DNA from: a virus | DNA length: 64,000 nucleotides | Reading direction: 5' to 3' (one strand) | IMG/VR virus record: IMGVR_UViG_3300042259_000159 | The notes under the pieces: model-generated | Databases searched by the model: none | Told to the model about the DNA's origin: nothing | Seen by the model: only the letters and a program-made list of their open reading frames with translations | Shown: one piece after another, positions 1 through 9,427 of the stretch | Numbering within the stretch: the stretch's first letter is position 1 | How the letters are laid out: every line of letters begins with the position of its first letter | Made by a program: the position numbers and the translations under genes

Positions 1-407
1 GTATGGGTGTTAAGTATCAACTCGTTCGCGTGAACAACACCGTTGCGCTTTTTCTGGGCCAATCCGCCGTCGTCCATGTACCAAATGGCGATGTGGATTG
101 CAGACAGCCTGTTCAGGAGTTTCCGGTTGTAGATGTTTTTATAGCCATCTTTGTATAATATCCTTCTCAGTGTTTTACCCCATTTAGTTGTGCTTATATA
201 AGTTCGGTAGCTATCAAATCCGTTATTATTTTTGTAGGTGATGTCAGAGCACTTCACCCCTTCGGAACGTAGATACGCGATTTTCCACAGCAAGTAATCT
301 TTTTGAGCTGCGCAGTGCAGTATCGATCCGCTCCCAGTTTTACCTAAGTGTCCGTCGCCCAAGATGACACTTAGTAATGCAGTTCGTGAACTTCTGTTAA
401 ACTTCAT
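1..407 (-). CDS. LAGLIDADG homing endonuclease (N-terminal part; ORF runs off left edge)
   Basis: Minus-strand ATG at 407..405 preceded by GGAGG. My translation is MKFNRSSRTALLSVILGDGHLGKTG...IHIAIWYMDDGGL, which shows two LAGLIDADG-type motifs. Absent from the ORF track because it is truncated. Confidence 0.7.
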   Translation of the reverse strand, partial: MKFNRSSRTALLSVILGDGHLGKTGSGSILHCAAQKDYLLWKIAYLRSEGVKCSDITYKNNNGFDSYRTYISTTKWGKTLRRILYKDGYKNIYNRKLLNRLSAIHIAIWYMDDGGLAQKKRNGVVHANELILNTH

Positions 408-463
408 GTTAAGCCTCCAAGCACTGTTGTGCTGTTTAAGTCGACATTTAGTCGTTGCACCTT

Positions 464-955
464 CTACCATAAGTAGTTACGGGAGATGTCCTTATAAGAT
501 CTCCGACTACGGATGTCGTCGTAGATATGCTTAGGTATCCCCATAAGGTCTCGAATTTCCTTTGCAGAGTGTCTGCCATCGGCAATCATCTGGCAAATTC
601 TATGCACCTTGTCATCAGGGAGTGTGCTATGTGGACGCTTGCACAACTTGTTCTTGAATGCGTGCTTCCGATTTTCAGATGGCGTCACCCACTCAAGATT
701 GTTCTTGTGGTTATCAATCTTAATCCCATTCTTATGATTGACAACTTTGCCTTCTTCGTAGCCTTGCACATATGTGTAAGCCACAAGTTTATGCACAAAG
801 ATACGAAGAGTCTTTCCTTCAGAGGAGAGGGTTACTCGCTTGTAACCTGTTCTATTAAGGTCAGTGCGCAACACTCTTCCTGTTTCTGAATTTAAGACAA
901 CACCCTCTTCATTAACGAGGTACTTTTCAAAACCTTTTATTGCGACTGGTCTCAC
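464..955 (-). CDS. HNH homing endonuclease
   Basis: Motif NHKNGIKIDNHKNNLEWVTPSENRKHA (HNH_3-like) with a NUMOD4-like N-terminus. GTG start preceded by AAGGAG. Lies inside the putative intron. Confidence 0.8.
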   Translation of the reverse strand: MRPVAIKGFEKYLVNEEGVVLNSETGRVLRTDLNRTGYKRVTLSSEGKTLRIFVHKLVAYTYVQGYEEGKVVNHKNGIKIDNHKNNLEWVTPSENRKHAFKNKLCKRPHSTLPDDKVHRICQMIADGRHSAKEIRDLMGIPKHIYDDIRSRRSYKDISRNYLW

Positions 956-1041
956 ACCTAATCTCCTTATAGTAGCTTGGCTCAGGATTGTCTCTGAGAG
1001 AGTTCCCCTGAATTCACACAGTTTTACGCGGGCATCAATTT

Positions 1042-2010
1042 ACCCGCCCCGAAGTAGAAGGTCTCTCCTAGTCTTCGTCCTCTTGTGGCTTTTGTCAGGC
1101 CAAGCCAAGGCCACGGCCTTCCGTATTCGGGCTTAGTTCTTGCTTTTTCTTTTAAGGTAGAACCCTTGACGATACGGGTGTTCTTTGGGACTACAGTCTT
1201 CCACTTGGTGGCTTGCAGACACTCCGCTACCTTCCCTTCGAGGAGACAGTCATTAACATCCTTACACGGAAGCTCAGCAACATGCCCTCCGGGGAAGATA
1301 CGAACAAACTCTTCTGCTGCTTTCTGACCGGGTTCGTCCATGTCAGGGACGTACACTACCTTCTCAAACAGCTGACGAATCTTGTTTGCATGTTGGAGAA
1401 CAGCCTTCTGCACACTTCCTGCTCCTGAAGGAAGGCTCACAACAGCAGGAATGAGATGTTTGTATTGGGTGTTTGCTACGCTATCCCTGAGCATTTGATA
1501 CAAAGACATTGCATCAATCTCACCTTCGGTGATGTACAGAGTCTTTGCTCCAGCTGTGATAGCTTGTTTCCAACCAAAGAACGAAGCCCCTTTCAAAGAG
1601 CCTATAGCCCACATCCTCTTATCTTTCAGGATTCGTGCTTTATAAGCAGTGAGCTGCCCTCCTTCATCCGTGTAAGGAAAGAATACGATGTCAGGAGTAG
1701 AGCCATCCATAGGTGAGACACCTACTTTGACATTGAAATGCTCAAGGGTTTCTTTCCTCAGCTTTCTTGAAGGAAGAGGATGAGAGAGAAGACTAATTAT
1801 GTGTTTAATTTCTTCGTCTATCTCTTCCTTCGTCTTTTTAGCCACTACAGGAGTGTAGCCTTCAGGTTTGTCCTTATAGGGGTCAGGGACATATTTTCCA
1901 CAAGAGAAACAGTAGCCATCATAGCTGCCATCTTCTTGTAAAAACACTTGTAAACCTGAAGCTGTTCCACAAGAGTGAGGCAATTTTTCTACGCATACTC
2001 CTCGTTTCAT
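1042..2010 (-). CDS. T7 gp4-like DNA primase-helicase, exon 1 (Zn-ribbon plus TOPRIM; helicase domain cut off)
   Basis: Cys cluster HSCG...CFSCGKY, TOPRIM motifs YITEGEIDAMSLYQ and VPDMDEPGQKAA, and the start of a helicase domain (GLTKATRGRRLGETFYFGAG). The track ORF is 1024..2010; the exon end is inferred. Confidence 0.7.
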
Positions 2011-2093
2011 ACCTCCTCCATGTTAGAAGTTAAAGGGGGAATTAACTTCCCCCTATTTATATATACGTCACAGACGAGAGAATGTGACAATTT

Positions 2094-2879
2094 TTATTGC
2101 ATATAATTCCGAATTGCTCTAGCGTATGCTTCAAGAGCAGTGCCCATAATGCCCGGAGCAGTGTTCACTTCCAAGACGTAAGCCATATTCGCCCGCTGGT
2201 TGTAGATAACATCCACTGCTCCGAAGTCAAGCCCAAGAGCTTTAACAGCGAGGAGAGCCTGATTCTGAACTTGGAAGGGGCAGGTGTCATTTACGTCAGC
2301 TCCGTCTTTGTCAGTCCGAACAAAGATGAATCCCTTCTCATGGTTGCGGATACGCCAATCCACATTCTTAATATTCATTTCGGGATTGAGGGCTTTCCTC
2401 GTGATGTCGATGATTCTCCCGTTAAAGACATGGACACGATACTCCTGCTTTTTCTTGATGTAAGCAGTGTAGAGAGGAGCCTCAGGAACTTTGCCATGAG
2501 GCTCCACCAATTCAATTCCCTTTCCGCCATACCCAACGAGAGTGTGACGAACGACTACACAACCTCCGTTTTCCGCCCACAACTGAGCTCTGTCTCGGTC
2601 GATAGTGAAGGCGGGAAAATTGACATACTCTTCATCTTCAAACACTTCAAAAGTACGAAGCTTGTTGGAAGCAATTGCCACTGCCTCAAAGTCGTTAAGC
2701 ACACGACAATCCTCAGGGATGTGCTTAGGACGGGTAGAGCAGCCCCAGTTGAGCACCATTTTATCGGGGGTCCATTTCCACTTGCTGCGTTCAGCTCGAA
2801 TGCGGAGAACACCCAATTCAGTAGCAAGGGCTTTAGCGGACGTAGACTCCATTTTGTAAGGCAGAATAAACAGTTTCAT
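2094..2879 (-). CDS. ATP-grasp family ligase
   Basis: VVVRHTLVGYGGKGIELV, EYRVHVFNGRIID, GLDFGAVDVIY...VLEVNTAPG are typical ATP-grasp (RimK-like) motifs. Confidence 0.7.
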   Translation of the reverse strand: MKLFILPYKMESTSAKALATELGVLRIRAERSKWKWTPDKMVLNWGCSTRPKHIPEDCRVLNDFEAVAIASNKLRTFEVFEDEEYVNFPAFTIDRDRAQLWAENGGCVVVRHTLVGYGGKGIELVEPHGKVPEAPLYTAYIKKKQEYRVHVFNGRIIDITRKALNPEMNIKNVDWRIRNHEKGFIFVRTDKDGADVNDTCPFQVQNQALLAVKALGLDFGAVDVIYNQRANMAYVLEVNTAPGIMGTALEAYARAIRNYMQ

Positions 2880-2889
2880 TTTTTGTCTC

Positions 2890-3714
2890 CTAGATGTCTA
2901 TTAAAGGTTCGTCGATAAACACTGCGTTCATAAAGTCAATGCCATTGACAATAGAGTAGCAGCGATAAAGCTGTCTTTTGAACGAAGCGTTAAAGTCTTC
3001 GTAGGCAAGAGCGAAGGGAAACACTTCCCTCGTAAAGGCTATTGCGTCTTTAGACGCTTCTTTCAGGAGGGCATGAGGGTCTTCAAAAGTACAAGCTTTC
3101 TCCCGAAGAGAGAGGAGAAGGCGGAGCCACTGCTCAATCACTGCGATGTCCACAGTCCCACGCATAGCTCTGAACTCAATCGAACCATACTGAGGCGTAG
3201 CCTTGATGTTCATGCTTGCATAACGAATGTCGTTGTCATCCAAGGCATTAAAGTTCATGCTTTTTGCAAGACCCTCCAGTTTGAAGATGAGTCCTTCCGC
3301 ATCAAAGGAAGAGAGGCAGAAGAGATTGCCTTTACGCGTTTCTCCACAAAACTCCAGAAGAGCGTCTTCATAAAGCAAGTAGAGTATAACAAAGTTGAAC
3401 CACTGGCCCACTGTCAATTTTTGAACGTTAATATGAACATGAACAGATGTTCTGTCCGAGAGGACAACATCCGCTCTCCTGAGATGTTCTCTCAGCATAC
3501 GGAGCCGACGACAAGCCCCCGGGAAGCTGATGGGTTGAGGAAGGACGTATTCCTTCGGGTCATGCCCCCCAATAGGACGAAGAGAAGGTTCGATATGTAC
3601 CTGCCACCCATTCACCTGACGGGGGAGGTCACGACCTTCCACCTCTATTTCAATGCCAATGTCCCCATTCTTAGGGACCAACCCCAGCATATCGGCAATA
3701 GTTATTTCAGCCAT
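2890..3714 (-). CDS. Amidoligase (Amidoligase_2 / GCS2-like COOH-NH2 ligase)
   Basis: IGIEIEVEG, TSVHVHINV, YGSIEFRAMRGT match the pattern I recall for the Amidoligase_2 family. Confidence 0.6.
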   Translation of the reverse strand: MAEITIADMLGLVPKNGDIGIEIEVEGRDLPRQVNGWQVHIEPSLRPIGGHDPKEYVLPQPISFPGACRRLRMLREHLRRADVVLSDRTSVHVHINVQKLTVGQWFNFVILYLLYEDALLEFCGETRKGNLFCLSSFDAEGLIFKLEGLAKSMNFNALDDNDIRYASMNIKATPQYGSIEFRAMRGTVDIAVIEQWLRLLLSLREKACTFEDPHALLKEASKDAIAFTREVFPFALAYEDFNASFKRQLYRCYSIVNGIDFMNAVFIDEPLIDI

Positions 3715-4268
3715 TCTTCTCCCACCACCTCTTTGATGTAGTTAGCATAGAAGTTGTCTGCCACAATAAACTTTTCTTCATCAATATCTGCCACAGGCAT
3801 AGTCCGATAGAAAAGACTCCGCTCCCCAATAGCGAATTCCCTATGGAAGGCTATGCTTCTTCTTCGAGAACGGTCTTTCTCAAAGCATTCTTCCACCGTA
3901 GGGTAGTCGGCTATAATGGTCTTTGCCAAGTCTCTTACATTGGGTTGAGCACTTATCCCTACATAGTTGGAACGAAGGTCCAGACGGTCAAGAACCAATC
4001 CTTGCTTCTGCTTCCGATGGGGCCAGCGAGCCACATACATTGAGACCCCAACTAGGGTGTTCACATAGCCCAAAGGAGGAGAGGCAAAGTCCCATCCCTC
4101 ATCCCTAATGTGGATGCGAGCATCTTCTCCTTCTTCATCAAGAATGTCATACCCATTAGCAAATCCATCTTCCACATGCCGGATGTAGAAGGGGCTGCCA
4201 TTATACCTCACTACCGTTCCTGCCAGACGCATATTAGCGTCATGGTCGTTATTAAATTTCAACAGCAT
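3702..4268 (-). CDS. hypothetical protein within the amidoligase cluster
   Basis: 188-aa ORF overlapping both neighbours by a few nt; no motif recognised. Confidence 0.5.
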   Translation of the reverse strand: MLLKFNNDHDANMRLAGTVVRYNGSPFYIRHVEDGFANGYDILDEEGEDARIHIRDEGWDFASPPLGYVNTLVGVSMYVARWPHRKQKQGLVLDRLDLRSNYVGISAQPNVRDLAKTIIADYPTVEECFEKDRSRRRSIAFHREFAIGERSLFYRTMPVADIDEEKFIVADNFYANYIKEVVGEEWLK

Positions 4269-5043
4269 GGGGCACTCCCAGATTGTACTTCTTAATAAGA
4301 GCGACTGCCGAATCTACATCCGAAGTGTTGATGATGTTGGTGATGTCTCCCTCTTCCTCAGCCAAGTCTCTTCCTGCAAGCAAGTCAACAACAGCTTGTC
4401 GGGAAGCGGAGAACACCCAACGCATCAGACGCTCTTCTTTAAGCCAAGCATTGGACAGAGTGCGATATTCCATGCCGTAAGGCTTAACACGAAAAGCCCC
4501 TGCCTTCCCGTAGAGTTCTCTCCTTTTGGTGTCCTTGTCGAACAGAAGAGAAGGCAATCCAAGGTAGAAATCCAGCTGCCGTGCAAGCTGACACGAAGCA
4601 AGGAAAGCTCCGAAGTCGTTCACATCATGCTCCATATAGCCGATATGAACATGCCCAGCAGCAGTGCGGAAGTCTCGATTACCGTCAGGAGAAGGGTTGA
4701 TGTCCTGCGTCCACCCATTGTAGTCGGGGTCACACCCCAATTCAAGAGCGGCAGGAGGCTGAGTAGCCATATACTCCTTGCCAAAATGAGCCACAGGCTC
4801 AATGACAATTTCCTCCTTCACCATACGACGAAGCTGAGCGAATACATGCTCAATGTTGCTGACGAAGGTGTTTTCATCAGCTGCCGGCTCAATGTTAAAC
4901 TCAAGAGCCATACCATCCACCTGTACAGCCCCCTTCTCAACAGGGAAAGGGGCTTCCTTAGTCCCGGGAATGAGGCCGTAGCCGGAGATGAACTTCCCAT
5001 TGTCCTTCACAAACAGTTCGGGGTCGGTGCCAATGTATATCAT
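4252..5043 (-). CDS. phiEco32-like COOH-NH2 ligase type 2
   Basis: N-terminus MIYIGTDPELFV, then DGMALEFNIEP and AAGHVHIGY, resembling the phage COOH-NH2 ligase type 2 family. Confidence 0.55.
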   Translation of the reverse strand: MIYIGTDPELFVKDNGKFISGYGLIPGTKEAPFPVEKGAVQVDGMALEFNIEPAADENTFVSNIEHVFAQLRRMVKEEIVIEPVAHFGKEYMATQPPAALELGCDPDYNGWTQDINPSPDGNRDFRTAAGHVHIGYMEHDVNDFGAFLASCQLARQLDFYLGLPSLLFDKDTKRRELYGKAGAFRVKPYGMEYRTLSNAWLKEERLMRWVFSASRQAVVDLLAGRDLAEEEGDITNIINTSDVDSAVALIKKYNLGVPHAVEI

Positions 5044-5054
5044 GTTATTCCTCC

Positions 5055-6266
5055 TTAAAAGGGTATATTAGAGTCATACAGGGAGACAAAGTCTTTGTCT
5101 TTCAGGCATTCCAAACAAACAGAATCGTATTCCGAGATGATTGCGATTTTCTCATTCCTCTCATAGAACTTCCCGCACCAGTCGCAGGAGTGGTAAGGGT
5201 GATGCGGGTAGCTTATCTTATACTCAATCTTAGGGGCTTCTTCCTCCTTCTGATTGATGGGAATGATGGAACCCACAGTGAAATACGTCTTCTTGTCGAG
5301 CGTTTGCCCGATGAACAATATCTTTGCCCGAAGGGGGACGCCCACAGGAACATCCGAGTTGCCATATGCGAAGTGACGAGCTTCAATATCCTCTCCAATC
5401 ACCTCACCGAAGTAGTCGACATTCTTCCCATATGTGCTTTCCCTTTTGTGGAACTTCACAGTGGCATACTCATCTTCTCGATAGGTGCGAAGATTCCCCA
5501 CTGCTTTTCGTGTTGCCCTCTCCCAATTATTCCACCCTTGGTGGATGTACGTTGTCTTGACAGGAGGCGTGTACGAGCAAGGAGTGAGCTTCTTGGTAGT
5601 GAGTTTAAGGCCGTTGCTCAAGTTCCACGAGTAGAGAACATTTTCTTTCACTTCGCAAGCTTTCATGCAGGGTATTTTGTTTCTCCAACATGCCGCATGA
5701 ATGAAGAAAGGCTCAGAAGCCCAGAACACCACCTTCTTTTCTTTGTCAAGCATATAGTAGAGAGGCCGCTTATCGTTCCGCAGCATGTTGAGCGTGTCTT
5801 CGTTTTCGTCATACCAGACAAGAGCAGCTGCCCCGCAAAGATTCTGCCAAGTGTCTTCCACACCATGTATGGACATATGGTGGTAGATGTTGGAAGAATC
5901 AACATCGAATTTCTTGTAATCCGCCAGAAGATGTTGGGCTGTAAGTGTTCCGTTATGCACTCCTGTAATGTGCCCATGCTGAAACGGATGAGCGTTTTCC
6001 TCGATAATAGTTCCTTTCGTTGCTGCTCTATTATGCCCTATAAGGCATTTCAACACTTGTGAAAAGATAGGCTGTACTTTACCAATGGTGACAAAGTCAT
6101 AGGCTGCCAGAAGAGATTTTTCGATAGTGACTTTCTTCGTATGGCGATTTACTCCAGCGAGACCCACGGAATCAACTCCGCGTATTTCGTCAAAGATGAG
6201 CATATCCTTGACTGCCTTCTCCTCTTTCGTTGTAATCAGTCCAGCTGCTCCAATAATACCACACAT
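5055..6266 (-). CDS. Class II (Ntn) glutamine amidotransferase with C-terminal Zn-ribbon region
   Basis: N-terminal MCGIIG (catalytic Cys2), GHNRAATKG, and C-terminal CDWCG...CLEC. Confidence 0.7.
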   Translation of the reverse strand: MCGIIGAAGLITTKEEKAVKDMLIFDEIRGVDSVGLAGVNRHTKKVTIEKSLLAAYDFVTIGKVQPIFSQVLKCLIGHNRAATKGTIIEENAHPFQHGHITGVHNGTLTAQHLLADYKKFDVDSSNIYHHMSIHGVEDTWQNLCGAAALVWYDENEDTLNMLRNDKRPLYYMLDKEKKVVFWASEPFFIHAACWRNKIPCMKACEVKENVLYSWNLSNGLKLTTKKLTPCSYTPPVKTTYIHQGWNNWERATRKAVGNLRTYREDEYATVKFHKRESTYGKNVDYFGEVIGEDIEARHFAYGNSDVPVGVPLRAKILFIGQTLDKKTYFTVGSIIPINQKEEEAPKIEYKISYPHHPYHSCDWCGKFYERNEKIAIISEYDSVCLECLKDKDFVSLYDSNIPF

Positions 6267-6391
6267 AGAATACTCCTTTTTCGCACAGAAAAGGGGTTTT
6301 AAGCCCCGTTTATTTGTTTTGTGGACAATGAGATGTCATTGCATCTACCATCGCTTAGAACCAATTCTCGAAAGAATTGGCTCCAAGAGGG

Positions 6392-7006
6392 TTAGATGCC
6401 GAATACATCCTTCAGTACAGTGAAGAACAGCGTTCGAGTGTCATCCTTCCCACCATATTCAGGATGGGGTTGGAAGCACAGGCTCTTAGTCTTCGGGTAG
6501 ACGACAATTTCAGCTTGGTCGTCACGAAGAACAGAGCGCACCCTTCTTTCAGCCGAGAGAAGAGTGTTGTCGATGCAGTCTTCCACTTCTCCGAATCCTT
6601 CAAGACGACCATGACGGGCAGGAATCATCATCTGGTGGTGAGTGGAGGTGACTTTGTACTTTTCTCCCCTCCAATCGAGAGTGTGTGTGCCTCTGATGGC
6701 ATGACCCGTGACATCCTGCCGCATACTTCCACCATTCATCACATTGAGGAATTGCCCCCCACGGCATATTCCCACCAATGCTGCGTTGTGTTGTGTGGCA
6801 AAGAGGTAGTTGGTTATGTCAGCAATGTCTCGCTGAATACAATTATGGGAAGCCCTGTTGAGTTCACCATACAGAGAAGGGGTGACATCATATCCGCCAG
6901 AGAACACAAAGAGGTCAGCTTCCTCCATCTGTGTTGTCATCTGGTAGCCTGCATTGAGGAACATGGTGGACACAGCAATGTCTTGCGTAGACATAAAGAA
7001 TTTCAT
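6392..7006 (-). CDS. Class I glutamine amidotransferase-like / peptidase C26 (gamma-glutamyl hydrolase type)
   Basis: Nucleophile elbow GICRGGQFLNV and THHQMM motif. Confidence 0.65.
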   Translation of the reverse strand: MKFFMSTQDIAVSTMFLNAGYQMTTQMEEADLFVFSGGYDVTPSLYGELNRASHNCIQRDIADITNYLFATQHNAALVGICRGGQFLNVMNGGSMRQDVTGHAIRGTHTLDWRGEKYKVTSTHHQMMIPARHGRLEGFGEVEDCIDNTLLSAERRVRSVLRDDQAEIVVYPKTKSLCFQPHPEYGGKDDTRTLFFTVLKDVFGI

Positions 7007-7815
7007 CGAAATCTCCTCAGGTTGTCTATTGTGTTGACGACAATTTCATCAGTGCCGGGAATATCTTTGTCGTATTCCAGCATGAGAGTATTGCCATTCC
7101 GTGTCACTCTTTTCCCGCTCTCTTTGAGAGCAGATTCAATAAGGTCTATGACAAGAGGCCGATTGGTGTAACGGTTCAGAGTTTTTTCTACTCCTCTGCC
7201 CCAGTCACCCCCATTAAACGGGTCATCCAAGTGCCTTTTTTCCAACTGCTCCCCGTATATGAAGGCGGACGCAGACCTCACCGTAAGACCAGTATCGAAG
7301 AGGGAATGAGGTCCTCTTCTCGACGCAATATATTTCTCCCCACGATAGAAGTAGGCACTAAGCAACGCCACGGGTGGAGACACTTCAAACTTCTTCATAT
7401 ACTCCACCATCTTTTCTATACGGAAATCCTCATGGACGTCCCACGGAAGACGAGCAAGAGTAGCTGCCGTCAGCAAGATGTTTCTGGGAGCGTCCAGAGA
7501 AATGTACACCCCTCCTTTCTTCTTGTTTGTGTTGTTCTCATAATAGCCCTTGAAGCCGCTTTTCTTGAACAGCCAAGGCCAGTAGTGTTCTTTCAAGAAC
7601 TCACCTTCAGACCTAATACCTCCTGCCGGCCCGGGGACACAGCAGAGGTGAGTATATCCATTTTTGAGGGTGTGCGAATTCTTGAGCCATGCAAGGCACA
7701 CTTCGTTCGGAAAAGATTCACACTCTCTCGTTTTTTCGTTCACGAGAAGGTAGGGTTGAGACCTTACGTTATCATCCTCCTGACATTTCTTCACTTCCTT
7801 AAAGAAACTCCTCAT
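7003..7815 (-). CDS. hypothetical protein (first gene of the amidoligase cluster)
   Basis: 270-aa ORF, ATGA-type overlap with 6392..7006, RBS AAAGGAG upstream. Confidence 0.5.
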   Translation of the reverse strand: MRSFFKEVKKCQEDDNVRSQPYLLVNEKTRECESFPNEVCLAWLKNSHTLKNGYTHLCCVPGPAGGIRSEGEFLKEHYWPWLFKKSGFKGYYENNTNKKKGGVYISLDAPRNILLTAATLARLPWDVHEDFRIEKMVEYMKKFEVSPPVALLSAYFYRGEKYIASRRGPHSLFDTGLTVRSASAFIYGEQLEKRHLDDPFNGGDWGRGVEKTLNRYTNRPLVIDLIESALKESGKRVTRNGNTLMLEYDKDIPGTDEIVVNTIDNLRRFR

Positions 7816-7835
7816 GTTTCTCTCCTTTCTTCTCT

Positions 7836-7882
7836 CTGTATAATATATATATATATATTATATAATAATATATATTATACAG
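7836..7882. repeat. AT-only palindrome (14-bp perfect arms CTGTATAATATATA / TATATATTATACAG)
   Basis: Read directly; sits immediately upstream of the RBS of 7003..7815. Confidence 0.8.
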
Positions 7883-8077
7883 AAGTTAATAGTTTAGTTA
7901 AGAGCAGGAAATCCTGCCCTCTCTAAAGTATTAACAGTAAGGGTCTTCGTCCTCTATCGACCAGTCAATCGGCTCCTCAGGCATAATCGTCACCATTTAT
8001 TTGCGAGTAATCTATTCCTTGTTATTGAAAGTTTCTTGTCACATTTTCCATTTTCCAACGTATAATATATTAAGAGA

Positions 8078-8479
8078 CTAGTTCTTGCGACACCAGATTC
8101 CGTCACAAGACGGAGGCTTATTCATCTGGTCAACGTGGAGAGACACACTCTCAATAGGGTATACAATCATGTTATCGTCCCCTTCTTCTTCCACATTGAG
8201 GTAGTAGGACGACTGTTTTTCAAAGTCAAAGTACCTCACTGATGTAACTTTCAGACAAACATGAGCGTTCTCTTTGTAGAAGAAGTCCCCAACATCAAGG
8301 TCGGTGAAAGCCCTCTTCAGGCTAGTATGTCGGCTAACAACTGCAACTCTGGTCATACTCTCTTCTCCTTCGTTTTCTTCCTTACCTTTCAGATAGGGAA
8401 TTTTCAATATTGCAAACACGCTGATACCCATAGCCGCTACCAGAAAGAAAGCTTCACTCCATAACATAGGAGGCTCCAT
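8078..8479 (-). CDS. hypothetical protein (N-terminal TM segment)
   Basis: ORF track. Hydrophobic FFLVAAMGISVFAIL. The start may be the second ATG at 8467 (GGAG upstream). Confidence 0.4.
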   Translation of the reverse strand: MEPPMLWSEAFFLVAAMGISVFAILKIPYLKGKEENEGEESMTRVAVVSRHTSLKRAFTDLDVGDFFYKENAHVCLKVTSVRYFDFEKQSSYYLNVEEEGDDNMIVYPIESVSLHVDQMNKPPSCDGIWCRKN

Positions 8480-8481
8480 GA

Positions 8482-8691
8482 TTAGCGTTCAAGCCAAGAA
8501 TACTCTTCAGTAATACGGAAAAGTGAACAAAGTGGGTATTTATATACGACACGCTTCTTATCTTCCTCAACCAAAATACAGAAAAGACCGCCTTTTGTAT
8601 ATGTGTTGACGACATTCTCAAGCGTAATTGGTTGGCTGGATTCATTTCTATGTATTGAAATTTTCATACCTTTCTCAATAGCGTCAGTCAT
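8482..8691 (-). CDS. hypothetical protein
   Basis: ATG at 8691 preceded by AAAGGAG (MTDAIEKGMK...). Confidence 0.4.
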   Translation of the reverse strand: MTDAIEKGMKISIHRNESSQPITLENVVNTYTKGGLFCILVEEDKKRVVYKYPLCSLFRITEEYSWLER

Positions 8692-8963
8692 TGTACTACT
8701 CCTTTTAAGTATGCGCACCCTACGTATATAGAGCCGATGTGGAATTTCGTACCCTTAAGTTCAGGCTGTTTCCTTCCAACTTTCTTCAGAAATCTTCTGA
8801 AAGCACGGAGGGTACGACAGGGAGGCCCATGACTGGAGAAGCCTTTCTCTGTCGTACACTCTTCAAGCGGAAGCCAGATGCCATCACAATACCAGAGACC
8901 ATCGGACGCAGGTCTCCAGAAGTAACGTCGCAAACGGGCACCTCGCGAGCTAAAAAGTTTCAT
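8688..8963 (-). CDS. hypothetical protein
   Basis: ORF track; overlaps the start of the downstream gene by 4 nt. Confidence 0.4.
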   Translation of the reverse strand: MKLFSSRGARLRRYFWRPASDGLWYCDGIWLPLEECTTEKGFSSHGPPCRTLRAFRRFLKKVGRKQPELKGTKFHIGSIYVGCAYLKGVVQ

Positions 8964-9028
8964 CAGTCTCCCCTACCTTGTAAATGGCACTATTTTTCAA
9001 AACCCTGTCTAGGCTTTTTGCAGACATC

Positions 9029-9274
9029 TTACTTCCTCCTCTCCATCCATATCTGACGTATCTCTTGGAAGAGACTAAGACCTTCATGAAGAATAAGTGC
9101 AAGCACCCCTACCCAAGACAACACCGCAACAATAGCACAAACGATGAGTGCCTCACCAAATGTGTTGACATAACATCCATACGTCCTTTGTAGGCCAATA
9201 AGGACTAGGCAGCCTATATATGCAACAACTACCCCGCTCAGGTAAGTGGAAACGACAAGCTCTATTCCCGTCAT
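9029..9274 (-). CDS. small membrane protein
   Basis: 81 aa, with two or three hydrophobic segments. Confidence 0.4.
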   Translation of the reverse strand: MTGIELVVSTYLSGVVVAYIGCLVLIGLQRTYGCYVNTFGEALIVCAIVAVLSWVGVLALILHEGLSLFQEIRQIWMERRK

Positions 9275-9427
9275 TTTACTTCCTCCGTGCTTTGTCCAGC
9301 ATCATCCTCTGGTTTTCAGACAGTTGTCCCCAATACACTTGGGGATTGTACAAGGCTTTCCACGAGGGCAGACGCAGTTCCTTAGCCAGTGACTTTTCTA
9401 TTGCGTTAGGCATAACCTTCATCCTTG

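Larger units (their letters stand above)
1..1041 (-). mobile_element. Group I intron (partial) interrupting the primase-helicase gene; carries HNH and LAGLIDADG ORFs
   Basis: The host ORF stops a few codons after FYFGAG, just before the expected Walker A. Between the two endonuclease ORFs lies ACGACTAAATGTCGAC (approx 433-448, minus), resembling the Tetrahymena J6/7-P7 core CAGACTAAATGTCGGTC. The putative 5' junction follows a U. Confidence 0.55.

Noticed and set aside
527-6062. Long antisense ORFs in the track (e.g. 527..889+, 2097..2918+, 3073..3741+, 4267..5058+, 5190..6062+).
   Set aside because: Each lies entirely opposite a motif-bearing gene, lacks an RBS and has low-complexity or odd composition. 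They are treated as shadow ORFs. The same applies to 28603..29040-, 29185..29838-, 35200..35772- and 32215..32751-.
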